Assembly (NCBI GenBank): GCA_963668645.2
Contig: CAXXWC010000010.1
Location: 32,001-96,000, forward strand
From: Desulfobacterales bacterium
GTDB lineage: Bacteria; Desulfobacterota; Desulfobacteria; Desulfobacterales; UBA2174
DNA: 64,000 nt
Direction: 5' to 3'
Below the pieces are notes generated by a model. The model was not told where the DNA came from. It saw nothing but the letters and a program-made list of their open reading frames with translations, and did no database searches. Positions 43,296-52,472 of this stretch are shown one piece after another (position 1 is the first letter of the stretch; each line of letters starts with the position of its first letter). The position numbers were made by a program, and so were the translations under genes.

Positions 43296-44594
43296 TCAGG
43301 GGCCGATGTGCAGGCGGTAGCCCGAATAGGCCAAACCCGGCACCAGATCGGTGGCCTCAGTCGGCATTTCAGGCGCCTTGGTCCGCACCGCCATGATGGC
43401 GCTGGCGACCAGCAGCCCTGCGGCCAGGATGTAGGCGTAATGGGAAGAACCGGTGTAGGCCACGATCATCTGGGAAATGCGCGGCAGGATGAATCCGGCC
43501 GCTCCCCAGGCGCTGAAAATCAACCCGTAGTTGGCCCCGAAGTTGGAAAGTCCGTAATAGTCCTTGGTGGCCGAAGGAAAGAGGGACAGGTTGGTGCCGT
43601 AGTTGAATCCGATCAGAGCCGCGGCCAACACCAAAAGCACGGCCTGGGTCTGGTCGATGAACAGCAGGGAAAGGATGACCAGGGCCTGAAAGCTCATGGT
43701 GAGCATCAGGGTGCGGGTGCGGCCGATGCGATCGGAGATGATTCCGGCGATGATCCTTCCCCCGGCGTTGCCGACGGCCATCAGGGCCACCACCACCCAG
43801 GCCAGTTGGCCCATGCTCTGGCGGGCCATTCCGGCCACCGACCCGATGATGATCAGCCCGGCCCCGGATCCGGCAAAGAACATGAACCAGAGCTTGTAGA
43901 AGGAAAGGGTGCGCATCATCTCAAAGGGGGCGAACTCCTGGACCGCCACCGCGTTGACCACGGGCCGGCCTTTGGCGCCCGCCGCCTGGGGCGGCACGTA
44001 GCCTTTGGGCGGATTGACCAGCATCATCGCCAGAACGCAGACCACCACGGTGAAAGAAAGGCCGAAGATCATCATGGCCTGGCTCAGGCCGAAACGGGCG
44101 ATGAGAAAGTTGGCCGTAGGCGCGATATAGACCGAGGCCAGCCCGAACCCGGCCACCACGATACCGGCGATCAGGCCGGTGCGTGCGGCCGGAAACCACT
44201 TGATGGCCGGAGGGGTCGCCGAGGCGTAGCCGAAACCGAGGCCGGCACCGGTGAGCACCCCGAATCCCACGATCCAACTCAGGAGGCTGGCCGAAAAACT
44301 GCTGAGCAAAAGGCCCGCGCCGGTGAGCAAGCCGCCGATGATGGCCGTGATGCGCGGGGTGAGCCGGTCCTGCAAGCGGCCGGCGATGATCATGGTAAAG
44401 GCGAAGACCAGGCAGCAAACGGCGTACGGGTCGTTGAGGGCGGCCATATCCCAGTTGAACCGCCCGTCGCCCCGCTGGATGGATTCCTTGATGGCCAGCT
44501 TGAAGATGCTCCACGTGTAGAGGATTCCCAGCGCCAGGTTGATGCCCAGTCCGGCCAAAGTGACTTGCCATCCCCTGTTCCTGATCTTTTCCAT
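43296..44594 (-). CDS. MFS transporter, oxalate/formate antiporter (OFA) family
   Basis: LG.LY.WS.F, GRLQDR, KWFP...GL..G.VVAGFG, SDRIGR, G.NYG; about 12 TM helices. Confidence 0.9.
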   Translation of the reverse strand: MEKIRNRGWQVTLAGLGINLALGILYTWSIFKLAIKESIQRGDGRFNWDMAALNDPYAVCCLVFAFTMIIAGRLQDRLTPRITAIIGGLLTGAGLLLSSFSASLLSWIVGFGVLTGAGLGFGYASATPPAIKWFPAARTGLIAGIVVAGFGLASVYIAPTANFLIARFGLSQAMMIFGLSFTVVVCVLAMMLVNPPKGYVPPQAAGAKGRPVVNAVAVQEFAPFEMMRTLSFYKLWFMFFAGSGAGLIIIGSVAGMARQSMGQLAWVVVALMAVGNAGGRIIAGIISDRIGRTRTLMLTMSFQALVILSLLFIDQTQAVLLVLAAALIGFNYGTNLSLFPSATKDYYGLSNFGANYGLIFSAWGAAGFILPRISQMIVAYTGSSHYAYILAAGLLVASAIMAVRTKAPEMPTEATDLVPGLAYSGYRLHIGP

Positions 44595-44682
44595 TCTGTT
44601 CTCCTTCCCCCTCTGCCAGATGAATGAATTACAAGCGTTGTACGCCAGACAAATTTTGAAGTTTGTTCATATCGCCAAAGAT

Positions 44683-44698
44683 AGCATTTCGCGTGCCA
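44683..44698 (-). promoter_or_regulatory. Sigma54 -24/-12 promoter for the MFS gene
   Basis: TGGCACGCGAAATGCT (GG-N10-GC), next to a sigma54 activator gene. Confidence 0.8.
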
Positions 44699-44902
44699 GA
44701 GAGCTGAAAACAGATTCAAGGACCTGAAATAGTTTACATAAAGATGGCTTTGAGGAGAGATGCGGACCGGCTGAAAAGATCAACCAGGATTGTACCTGCC
44801 CGACCGAAAAAAAGACAACCGGCTGAATTCATGTCACTTACAGGCAGTTACAACTTTTGTTGTGAATACAATCCAGGTTGTTGTCTCGGGGCGAGGGGCG
44901 AC

Positions 44903-46303
44903 CTACTTTTCCTGGCGCAGGCGTTTACTCAGGGCCTGCTGGCTGATGCCGAGCATGGCGGCGGCGGCGGTCTGATTGCCGCCGGTCCGCTTGAGGGCCT
45001 CGCTCACGAGCATGCAGGTGGTCTCTTTAATGGTGGGAAGCCGGGACGGAAAGAGGATACTTTCGGGGACCTGGGCCGGTGCGGCGGCAATCCCCCCGCT
45101 TTGCTCGCGGCGGATATGGTCCTGAAAAACGGTCAGTTCCAGGTCCCCGGAACGGTGGCGGCTCAGGGCGTCGAAGATCATCGACTCGAGTTCGCGCACA
45201 TTGCCGGCGAAATTGTGGGCACGCAGCAGGGGCATCAGCTCGGCCGGGGCCGCCGGCCGGGGCCGGCCCAGGGCTCTGGAAGCTTTTTGGAGGAAATGGC
45301 CCACCAGCAAAGGCAGATCTTCAAGCCGTTCGCGCAAAGGGGGAATGTAGATCTGATGGGTGCGCAGCCGGTAGGCCAGGTCCTTGCGGAAGTGTCCGGC
45401 CCGTTCCAGGGCCCGCAGCGAAACGTTGGTCGAGGCCACGATACGGGCCTCGGTACGCCGGGGCCGATCGAGCCCCAGGGGGATGTATTCGCCTTCCTGG
45501 AGCAGACGGAGCAGCTTGACCTGGGAGGCCATGCTCAGATCGCCAATCTCGTCGAGGAAAAGGGTCCCGTCGGCGGCCGCCTCGATCATTCCGGCCCGGT
45601 CCCGCTCCGCACCGGTAAAGGCGCCGCGCACATGGCCAAAGAGGGTGTCGGAAAAGACGTTGTCATCCAGCCCGCCCACATTGACCGCCACGAAAGCCCC
45701 GGGCAGACCGCTGATGCGATGCAGGGCCCGGGCCACCAGCTCCTTGCCGACCCCGGTTTCACCGCGGATCAATACCGGCTGGAGCGTGGTGGCGATGGCC
45801 TCCACGTATTGGAAAACTGCCAGCATCTTGGCATTGCGGGTGATGATTTCGGCAAAGGCGTCGGATCTGGAGGGCTGGTCAGAGAGGATCTGGCGCCGCA
45901 GGGCCTGGTTTTCGCGCTGCAAGGCCCCGTAGGCCGCGGCCCGCTGCACCGTGGCCACCAGCCGTTCGTCCTCCACCGGCTTGAGAATGTAATCAAAGGC
46001 TCCGGCCTTCATGCAGCGCACCGCCGTTTCGGCGTCCACCCGGCCGGTGATCACGATCACGGGCACATCCGGGCACTCGGCCACGAAAAAAGAAAGCAGG
46101 GTTTCGCCGTCCACCCCCGGCATCATCAGATCGAGCAGGACGATGTCCGGAATCTGTTCGCCCACCACCGACTGGACCCGGCGGCTGTCGCTGCAGGTGC
46201 GGATCTGATTGAAGCCTGCCAGACGCAGGGCCGTGTCCACGGCCAGCAAGATACTCTGCTGGTCATCGACCACCAGGATGGATGGAGATGGAAACAGATT
46301 CAC
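44903..46303 (-). CDS. Sigma54-dependent response regulator (NtrC family)
   Basis: REC domain, GETGVGKE, GAFTGA, FLDEIG, GNVREL, Fis-type HTH. Confidence 0.95.
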   Translation of the reverse strand: MNLFPSPSILVVDDQQSILLAVDTALRLAGFNQIRTCSDSRRVQSVVGEQIPDIVLLDLMMPGVDGETLLSFFVAECPDVPVIVITGRVDAETAVRCMKAGAFDYILKPVEDERLVATVQRAAAYGALQRENQALRRQILSDQPSRSDAFAEIITRNAKMLAVFQYVEAIATTLQPVLIRGETGVGKELVARALHRISGLPGAFVAVNVGGLDDNVFSDTLFGHVRGAFTGAERDRAGMIEAAADGTLFLDEIGDLSMASQVKLLRLLQEGEYIPLGLDRPRRTEARIVASTNVSLRALERAGHFRKDLAYRLRTHQIYIPPLRERLEDLPLLVGHFLQKASRALGRPRPAAPAELMPLLRAHNFAGNVRELESMIFDALSRHRSGDLELTVFQDHIRREQSGGIAAAPAQVPESILFPSRLPTIKETTCMLVSEALKRTGGNQTAAAAMLGISQQALSKRLRQEK

Positions 46304-47799
46304 GGTGAATCCCCCGATGCCGGCAGGGTGATTGTGGCCACGGTGCCCTGGGGCATCGCCGGACCCAGGTCGAGGCGCCCGCCGTGGTCCTGGACGATGC
46401 GCTCCGAGACGGCCAGCCCCAGACCTGTACCGCCCTGATCGCGTTTGGTGGTGAAAAACGGGTCCTTGATCCGCCCGCGCAGGGCTTCGGGAATCCCCCG
46501 GCCCTGATCGGCCACCGTGATGACCACCTGGCCGTCGCTGGCCAGGACAGTGGATACACGGATGGCCTGGTCCCGGCTGGTCAAGGCCTGGCAGGCGTTG
46601 ACCAGCAGGTTGACCAAAACCTGCTCGATGCGCTGGGCGTTGCCCCTGACCGGCGGCAGGCCGGGGGCCAGGTTCAGGGCGAAATCGTGGGTCGATTTCT
46701 TGATCAGGTTGGCCACCAGCCCGGCGGCACGCTGCACACTGGCGTTGACGTCCACCGTCTCGTTGAGGTCCGAGGATCCCTGGCGGGCGAAATCTTTCAG
46801 GTCGGCAACGATACTGCGCGCCCGCAAGGCCGCATCCACGGTGTCGGAAAGAAGCAGCGGCAGCCTTTCGCGCAGCAAGGCGTAGGGCATCGCCCCCACG
46901 GCGAACTCCTCGTTTTCTGCCAGGTGAGCCTCCAGCACCGGCCCGACGGCGCGCCAGGTCTTGTCGAGAGTCTGGGCGTTGAGCACGATGGAGGTGATGG
47001 GGTTGTTGATCTCGTGGGCGATCCCCGAGACCAGGGTGCCGATGGAAGCCAGCTTGGCGGCCTGGTAGAGCTGCTCCTGCTGCTGATTGGCCTGCTGCTG
47101 GGCCTTGCGGCGGCGCTGCTCGGCCATCATCCCCTGCCAGACGATGTAGCCGGAAAGGGCGATCATCAGGGCCAGGATCCCGGCACAGACCAGGATCAGG
47201 TGGCGCCGGATGGCGGCCATCTCAACGCGCAGGTCCTCTACGTAGACCCCGGTCCCCACAATCCAGCCCCAGGGGGCGAACCCCTTGACATAGGAAATCT
47301 TGGGAACGATATGGGCCGGATCGTCCTTCCATTGCCAGTGGTAGTCCACATACCCGGCCCCGGCCGCGGCCACGATGCGCACGCATTCCACGAAAAGACG
47401 CTTGCCGGTGGGATCCTCGAAGGTGGAGATGTCGCTGCCCTCCAGATCGCGCCGGTAAGGGTGCATCAGCAGCCGCGGGTGCATGTCGTTGATCCAGAAG
47501 TAGTCCTTGTCCTCCGGCCCGTAGCGCAGGGCCCGCAGATGGTCGATGGCCCTGGCCTGGGCCTCGACGCGGGTCAGGCGCCCGCCCTGGACCTGCCTTT
47601 CAAAGTCGGCCAGGGCGCTCCAGGCCGTTTGGGTCAACTCCTGGATCATCTCACGCTTGCCGGCCATCAACCGCTCCTGGAGCATGGGCAGGAAAAGAAA
47701 AAAAATGGTGCCGACAAACAGGGCCACGCTCAGCACCACCGGAAAGACGATGCGGGCCGAAGCGCTGGCATAGCGGGTCGATAGCGGGCCATCAGCCAT
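46300..47799 (-). CDS. Cache-domain sensor histidine kinase
   Basis: LRYG...YFWI...MHP sCache domain, AHEINNP, NLLVNA, DQGRG, FFTTK, GTGLGL. Confidence 0.93.
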   Translation of the reverse strand: MADGPLSTRYASASARIVFPVVLSVALFVGTIFFLFLPMLQERLMAGKREMIQELTQTAWSALADFERQVQGGRLTRVEAQARAIDHLRALRYGPEDKDYFWINDMHPRLLMHPYRRDLEGSDISTFEDPTGKRLFVECVRIVAAAGAGYVDYHWQWKDDPAHIVPKISYVKGFAPWGWIVGTGVYVEDLRVEMAAIRRHLILVCAGILALMIALSGYIVWQGMMAEQRRRKAQQQANQQQEQLYQAAKLASIGTLVSGIAHEINNPITSIVLNAQTLDKTWRAVGPVLEAHLAENEEFAVGAMPYALLRERLPLLLSDTVDAALRARSIVADLKDFARQGSSDLNETVDVNASVQRAAGLVANLIKKSTHDFALNLAPGLPPVRGNAQRIEQVLVNLLVNACQALTSRDQAIRVSTVLASDGQVVITVADQGRGIPEALRGRIKDPFFTTKRDQGGTGLGLAVSERIVQDHGGRLDLGPAMPQGTVATITLPASGDSP

Positions 47800-48215
47800 G
47801 AAAAAGGCCTTTGAAGGTTTTCTGGATGACTTGTGGGGGGTGTTTAACGCCGCAGGCTTACCATTTTGGCTCCGGCAGGGCAAGTCTCGGTGAAAAGACC
47901 CCGTAATTCCCGCTGAAGCCAAAATGTCCGGAGGTCGGGTTCGACCCGATCCACCGCTGCCCTTTCTTCCGCCATCCTACCGGATTCTTTTTTTCCGGAC
48001 GCCCCAAGTGCCGCGACCGCCGCCACCCCCCGGCCGCCCCCGCCGCTCGGACACGCAAATCGTTCTTGCCATGATATATCCGGTATGATTATAGCCGACA
48101 AAGGCATTACTGGAGATTGCCCAACGGGCCGGCGGTGTACCTGAAAACGGAAACGACCATCGCCGGCAAGACAAAAGCCGGCCGACTCTGCCGGTTGACA
48201 GGAGAGCGGAAGATC

Positions 48216-49334
48216 ATGGGTCTGAGCCTACTTGAAGGAAACGAAGCCATCGGCTGGGGGGCACTGGACGCCGGGTGCCGGTTTTTCGCCGGCTACCCGA
48301 TCACGCCAGCCACCAGCGTCTTTAACACCATGCTGCGCCTTTTGCCGCCGGCAGGCGGCATCGTGCTGCAAGGCGAGGACGAAATCGCCTCCATGGGCTA
48401 CTGCATCGGGGCGTCCATGGCCGGATTCAAGGCCATGACCGCCACCAGCGGCCCGGGGATCAGCCTCTACAGCGAGCACATCAGCTTTGCCATCGGTTCG
48501 GAAATCCCGCTGGTGATCGTCGACGTCCAGCGCCTCGGCCCCTCCACGGGCAGCGCCACCAAAGGGGCCGACGGCGATGTGCAGTTTCTGCGCTGGTCCA
48601 ACACCGGCGGCTGCCCGGCCATCGTGCTGGCCCCGGTGGACGTTGCCGACTGCTACACCCTGACCATCAAGGCTTTCAACCTGGCCGAAACCTATCGCTG
48701 CCCGGTCTTTCTGGCCTCCAACAAGGAGATCGGCCTGGTCCGGGAGGCCGTCGACCTGGAGGCCTGCGAGAGGCCGGCGCCGGTCAATCGGCTGCTTTGC
48801 CCCGACGGGCGGGCCTGCCTGCCCTTTGCGCCTGCCGAAGGCCGGGATGTCCCCTATTTTTTACCCATCGGCGGCGAGCGGCTCAGCCGCCAGACATCGA
48901 GCACCCACGGCGAAAACGGCTACATCACCACCGTACCGGCGCAGATCGCGGCCCAGATCGAGCGCCTGGACCGCAAGCTGACGGCCGCCGTGGACAGCTA
49001 TGCCTATCACAGCGCCGATCTGCAAGACGGGGCCGGCACCCTGGTCTTGACCTACGGCGTCACCGCCCGGGCAGCCCACAAGGCCGTGGCCGACCTGCGC
49101 AGCCGGGGAGAACGGGTATCGCTGGCGGTGCTCAAAACCCTCTGGCCCTGTCCTGAAAACCTGATCCGGTCCCTGGCCCGGGACGCCGGGCGCGTTTTGG
49201 TCTGCGAGATGAACTGCGGCCAATACAGCCTGGAGGTCCAGCGGGTGCTGCGCGACAAGGCCGTGCAGCATGTCGGCCACATGAACGGGGTGCTGATTTC
49301 TCCGGAGACGATCAAGGAGGCCTTTCATGGGTGA
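48216..49334 (+). CDS. 2-oxoacid:acceptor oxidoreductase alpha subunit
   Basis: GNEA...FFAGYPITP, EDEIAS, TATSGPG, QRLGPSTG. Confidence 0.93.
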   Translation: MGLSLLEGNEAIGWGALDAGCRFFAGYPITPATSVFNTMLRLLPPAGGIVLQGEDEIASMGYCIGASMAGFKAMTATSGPGISLYSEHISFAIGSEIPLVIVDVQRLGPSTGSATKGADGDVQFLRWSNTGGCPAIVLAPVDVADCYTLTIKAFNLAETYRCPVFLASNKEIGLVREAVDLEACERPAPVNRLLCPDGRACLPFAPAEGRDVPYFLPIGGERLSRQTSSTHGENGYITTVPAQIAAQIERLDRKLTAAVDSYAYHSADLQDGAGTLVLTYGVTARAAHKAVADLRSRGERVSLAVLKTLWPCPENLIRSLARDAGRVLVCEMNCGQYSLEVQRVLRDKAVQHVGHMNGVLISPETIKEAFHG

Positions 49335-50631
49335 AAACAGCCTGCTCAATCAAGACCGTCCCCCCGTGTTCTGCCCGGGGTGCTCCCATGAACGGGTGCT
49401 CAAGACCCTGGACCAGGTTTTGGTCGCCATGGGACTTTCCGGCCCCCAGATCGCCATGGTCAGCGACATCGGCTGCTCGGGTCTCTTCGACACCTTTTTC
49501 AACACCCACGCCCTGCACGGGGTCCACGGCCGGGTGCTGACCTACGCGGCCGGGCTCAAGCTCTGCCGGCCGGAGCTGACCGTGGTGGCCACCATGGGCG
49601 ACGGCGGCCTGGGCATCGGCGGCGCCCATCTGCTGGCCGCCTGCCGCCGCAACCTGGACCTTACCCTGCTGGTGCTCAACAACTTCAACTTCGGCATGAC
49701 CGGCGGCCAGTGCTCTGCCACCTCGCCGCCCGAGGCGGTGCTGGCCTCCGGATTTCTCAACCGGGTGGAAAAGCCCCTGGATCTGTACAAAATCGCGGTG
49801 GCGGCCGGAGCGCCTTTTGTCGCCCGGTGTTCCGCCTATCAAAAGGACCTGCCCCAGGTCATCGAAAAGGCCGTCGCCTACAAGGGATTTGCCGTGGTGG
49901 AGATCCAGGGCATATGCCCGGGCCGCTACACCAAACGCAACAAGCTGACCTCTGAGATTATCGACGCCAATCTGCGCGCTTCGGCAGCAATCAACGGTGA
50001 GATCGCGGAAAACGTGCGCCGGGAATACGGTGAAGCGTATCGCGCCCGCTGCGCCGGACTCGAACCGGTCCCCAGACCTGCGAAAATAAAGGCCTGCTGC
50101 ACGCCGCCCTCGCGTCAAAAACAGGCCGTGGCCATCCTGGGTGCCGCCGGCCAGGGGATCATCACGGCCGGCGAGGTGCTCGGCCTGGCCGGCCTTGCCG
50201 GCGGTTTTTACGTGTCCCAGAAAAACGACTACAACATCACCGTGCTCCGGGGACCTTCGATCACCGAAATCAACCTCTCGCCCGAGCCCATCGATTACAC
50301 CGGTTCAGCCCGGCCCGAGGTGATCATCGCCCTGGCAGCCGAAGGCGTCGAGCGCCGCAAGGCCCTGCTGGCCGGAGCAGCCCCGCAGACCCTGATCCTG
50401 GCGGCCACCGGGATCGAGCTGCCGCCCACCGCGGCGCCCGTGATAACGGTCGATTTCAAGAGTCTGGGAATCCGGCGCCAGGACTGGGCCCTGGCCGCCC
50501 TGGCATGGCTGGCCCGCAGCAACCGGGTTATCGGTGCCGCAATGCTCGATGCCGCCTTGACACAGCGGTTCAAGGACCCGGTGCGCACATCCGTTCAGGC
50601 CATGATGAAAAAAATCGCTTTGGCGGGTTGA
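49327..50631 (+). CDS. 2-oxoacid:acceptor oxidoreductase beta-gamma fusion
   Basis: FCPGC, DIGC, GDGG (TPP), GMTGGQ, followed by the gamma domain GAAGQGII. Confidence 0.9.
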   Translation: MGENSLLNQDRPPVFCPGCSHERVLKTLDQVLVAMGLSGPQIAMVSDIGCSGLFDTFFNTHALHGVHGRVLTYAAGLKLCRPELTVVATMGDGGLGIGGAHLLAACRRNLDLTLLVLNNFNFGMTGGQCSATSPPEAVLASGFLNRVEKPLDLYKIAVAAGAPFVARCSAYQKDLPQVIEKAVAYKGFAVVEIQGICPGRYTKRNKLTSEIIDANLRASAAINGEIAENVRREYGEAYRARCAGLEPVPRPAKIKACCTPPSRQKQAVAILGAAGQGIITAGEVLGLAGLAGGFYVSQKNDYNITVLRGPSITEINLSPEPIDYTGSARPEVIIALAAEGVERRKALLAGAAPQTLILAATGIELPPTAAPVITVDFKSLGIRRQDWALAALAWLARSNRVIGAAMLDAALTQRFKDPVRTSVQAMMKKIALAG

Positions 50632-50642
50632 AACGCGGTGTT

Positions 50643-51554
50643 CTAGTTCCCGGGCAATGCCCCCGCAAAGGCCTTGGGATGATCGGCGACGAAGGCCTCC
50701 ATGACCTTCAGGCCATGGAGGCCTGCGCCCCTGCAACGCGGCTGGATCGCCTTGGCTTCGGCGCCAAAGGCCTGGGCGATGCGATCCGGCACCGCGGTAC
50801 CGTCACACTTGTTGATCACCACCCGATGGACCGGTTTGCCGATCTCGGCCAGTGCGGTGCGGATGCGCAGGGCCTCGGCCAGCGAGAGCCGATCGGCGTT
50901 GAGCACAAGGTGGATGTGCGCCGATGGGGCCAGCAGCAGGTCGCGCAGGCGGGTATGGCCCTCGATGAGGGTCTCGAGTTTGTTCTTGACCCGGTCGCGT
51001 TCCAGTTCGCAGCTGCCGACACGGATCTTGGAGATGATCTCCTTCTTGCGGCAGATCTCGTTGCGCAGCTTGAGCAGTTCGCCCAGCCAGGTCAAGGTGA
51101 TGGCCGGCAGGGAGAAAAAGCGCAAGGTCAGGGCCGTGGGCGCCATGTCGAAGATGACGGCGTCCTTGCCCTTGGCGCTGGCCAGCACGTTTTCGAAGGC
51201 CAGCAGCAGGGCGTACTCTTCCAGCCCCGGTGAAAACTGGAGCACCTTGAAATGGTCCTGGAGGTTGAAGGCGCTCTGGTAGAGGTAGGATTTGCTCAGG
51301 TGCTCGCGCGTTTGCTTCAAGTAGGTGCGGATCCAGTAGGCGGTGTCGATCTCTTTGACCGCCAGGCGATCGCGCACGCAGCGCGGTTTTTCGCTGAATC
51401 CGGTTTCGAACAGGTCGCGCTGATTGTGGGCCGGGTCCATCGAAACCAGGAGGGTCTCGTAGCCCGAGGCAGCCAGGAACAGGGCCGTGAGGGCCGAGGT
51501 GGTGGACTTGCCCACCCCGCCCTTGCCGACGAAAAAGTGCAGTTGGGGCCCCAT
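50643..51554 (-). CDS. ArsA/GET3-family ATPase
   Basis: GKGGVGKST, SMDPAH, PGLEE, FDMAPT. Confidence 0.9.
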   Translation of the reverse strand: MGPQLHFFVGKGGVGKSTTSALTALFLAASGYETLLVSMDPAHNQRDLFETGFSEKPRCVRDRLAVKEIDTAYWIRTYLKQTREHLSKSYLYQSAFNLQDHFKVLQFSPGLEEYALLLAFENVLASAKGKDAVIFDMAPTALTLRFFSLPAITLTWLGELLKLRNEICRKKEIISKIRVGSCELERDRVKNKLETLIEGHTRLRDLLLAPSAHIHLVLNADRLSLAEALRIRTALAEIGKPVHRVVINKCDGTAVPDRIAQAFGAEAKAIQPRCRGAGLHGLKVMEAFVADHPKAFAGALPGN

Positions 51555-51576
51555 GCGGATTTCAAGTCCTCAACAG

Positions 51577-51858
51577 TCAATCGATGGAAAAGACCGAAAA
51601 CAGCTCGGCCAACGGATCATGGGCCGTGGTGACCTTGTCGAGCATCAAGGTGAACTCGCGCTCCATCACCGGCATCATCTCCATGGTGATCTGAATCGGC
51701 GGCGAAGGGATGCCGACGAAGGCGCCGAGCACCAGCAGGGCGAAGATGTGCTCGAGCTCCTCGAGTTCATGCGCCATGGTGTCGCAGGCCCGGTCGCGAA
51801 AAACCGCGTCGGCCACCCGGTAGATCCTGCGCACCCGTTTTAAAAGCGTGTTCAGCAT
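51577..51858 (-). CDS. Small conserved protein of cstA-arsA clusters
   Basis: ELEELEHIFALLVLG..VG.PSPP motif; position between cstA and the ArsA-like gene. Confidence 0.7.
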   Translation of the reverse strand: MLNTLLKRVRRIYRVADAVFRDRACDTMAHELEELEHIFALLVLGAFVGIPSPPIQITMEMMPVMEREFTLMLDKVTTAHDPLAELFSVFSID

Positions 51859-52322
51859 GGGCCGGGCTGCCCCACCCGAAACAGGCGCCGGTCGAAGCCG
51901 ATGCGCCGCTCAGAGGGGTAGTGATAGTACATGGCATAAAGAGCCGCCAGAAAGCAGCCCGCCTGATAAAAGGAGGGCAGGCTCAACGCCAGGGCGACGG
52001 CCGCCAGGTATGGCGCCACCAGGGCCGTAGCGATTAAACGCCGCTGAAAGCGTACAAACTCCGATTCAGCGACGCCGCGCGCCGCCCGCATCCGGTTGGC
52101 GAACGCAGTGCGGATCCATATGGGCAGGCCCACCGCTACGGCGATGGACGCGGCAAACAGCCCGGCCCCCACGATCTTGACCGCGGCGGCCTGGGAAATG
52201 AGGACCGCCATTTCAGAGCTTCGGACTGCGGCCGCCATGGCAATGGCCACCAGAGCCGGCAACAGCAGGCGGTAGTAGGCTTGTTTGAGGTCAGCGGTCG
52301 TCAATGGCTTTTTCCCGGGCAA
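51852..52322 (-). CDS. Hypothetical membrane protein
   Basis: Four hydrophobic segments; in operon context. Start uncertain. Confidence 0.65.
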   Translation of the reverse strand: MPGKKPLTTADLKQAYYRLLLPALVAIAMAAAVRSSEMAVLISQAAAVKIVGAGLFAASIAVAVGLPIWIRTAFANRMRAARGVAESEFVRFQRRLIATALVAPYLAAVALALSLPSFYQAGCFLAALYAMYYHYPSERRIGFDRRLFRVGQPGPC

Positions 52323-52472
52323 TCACGTCGACTTATAGCGAGAGATAAGCCGCTTATCAAGCCCTTCGGCGGGCGCCGGCATCCTGCTCCGGCACCCGCC
52401 GAAGGGGGTACGAGAATCGGCCGTCCAGCGGCCGAATCCCGTTTACGGGGCCAATCCCGGTCTCCGACTCGA

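Noticed and set aside
48056..48075. Sigma54 promoter upstream of the Cache kinase (TGGCAAGAACGATTTGC)
   Set aside because: GG-to-GC spacing is 12 rather than the required 10.
50643..51554. Arsenic resistance operon
   Set aside because: No arsB/acr3/arsC/arsD/arsR nearby; the context is cstA.
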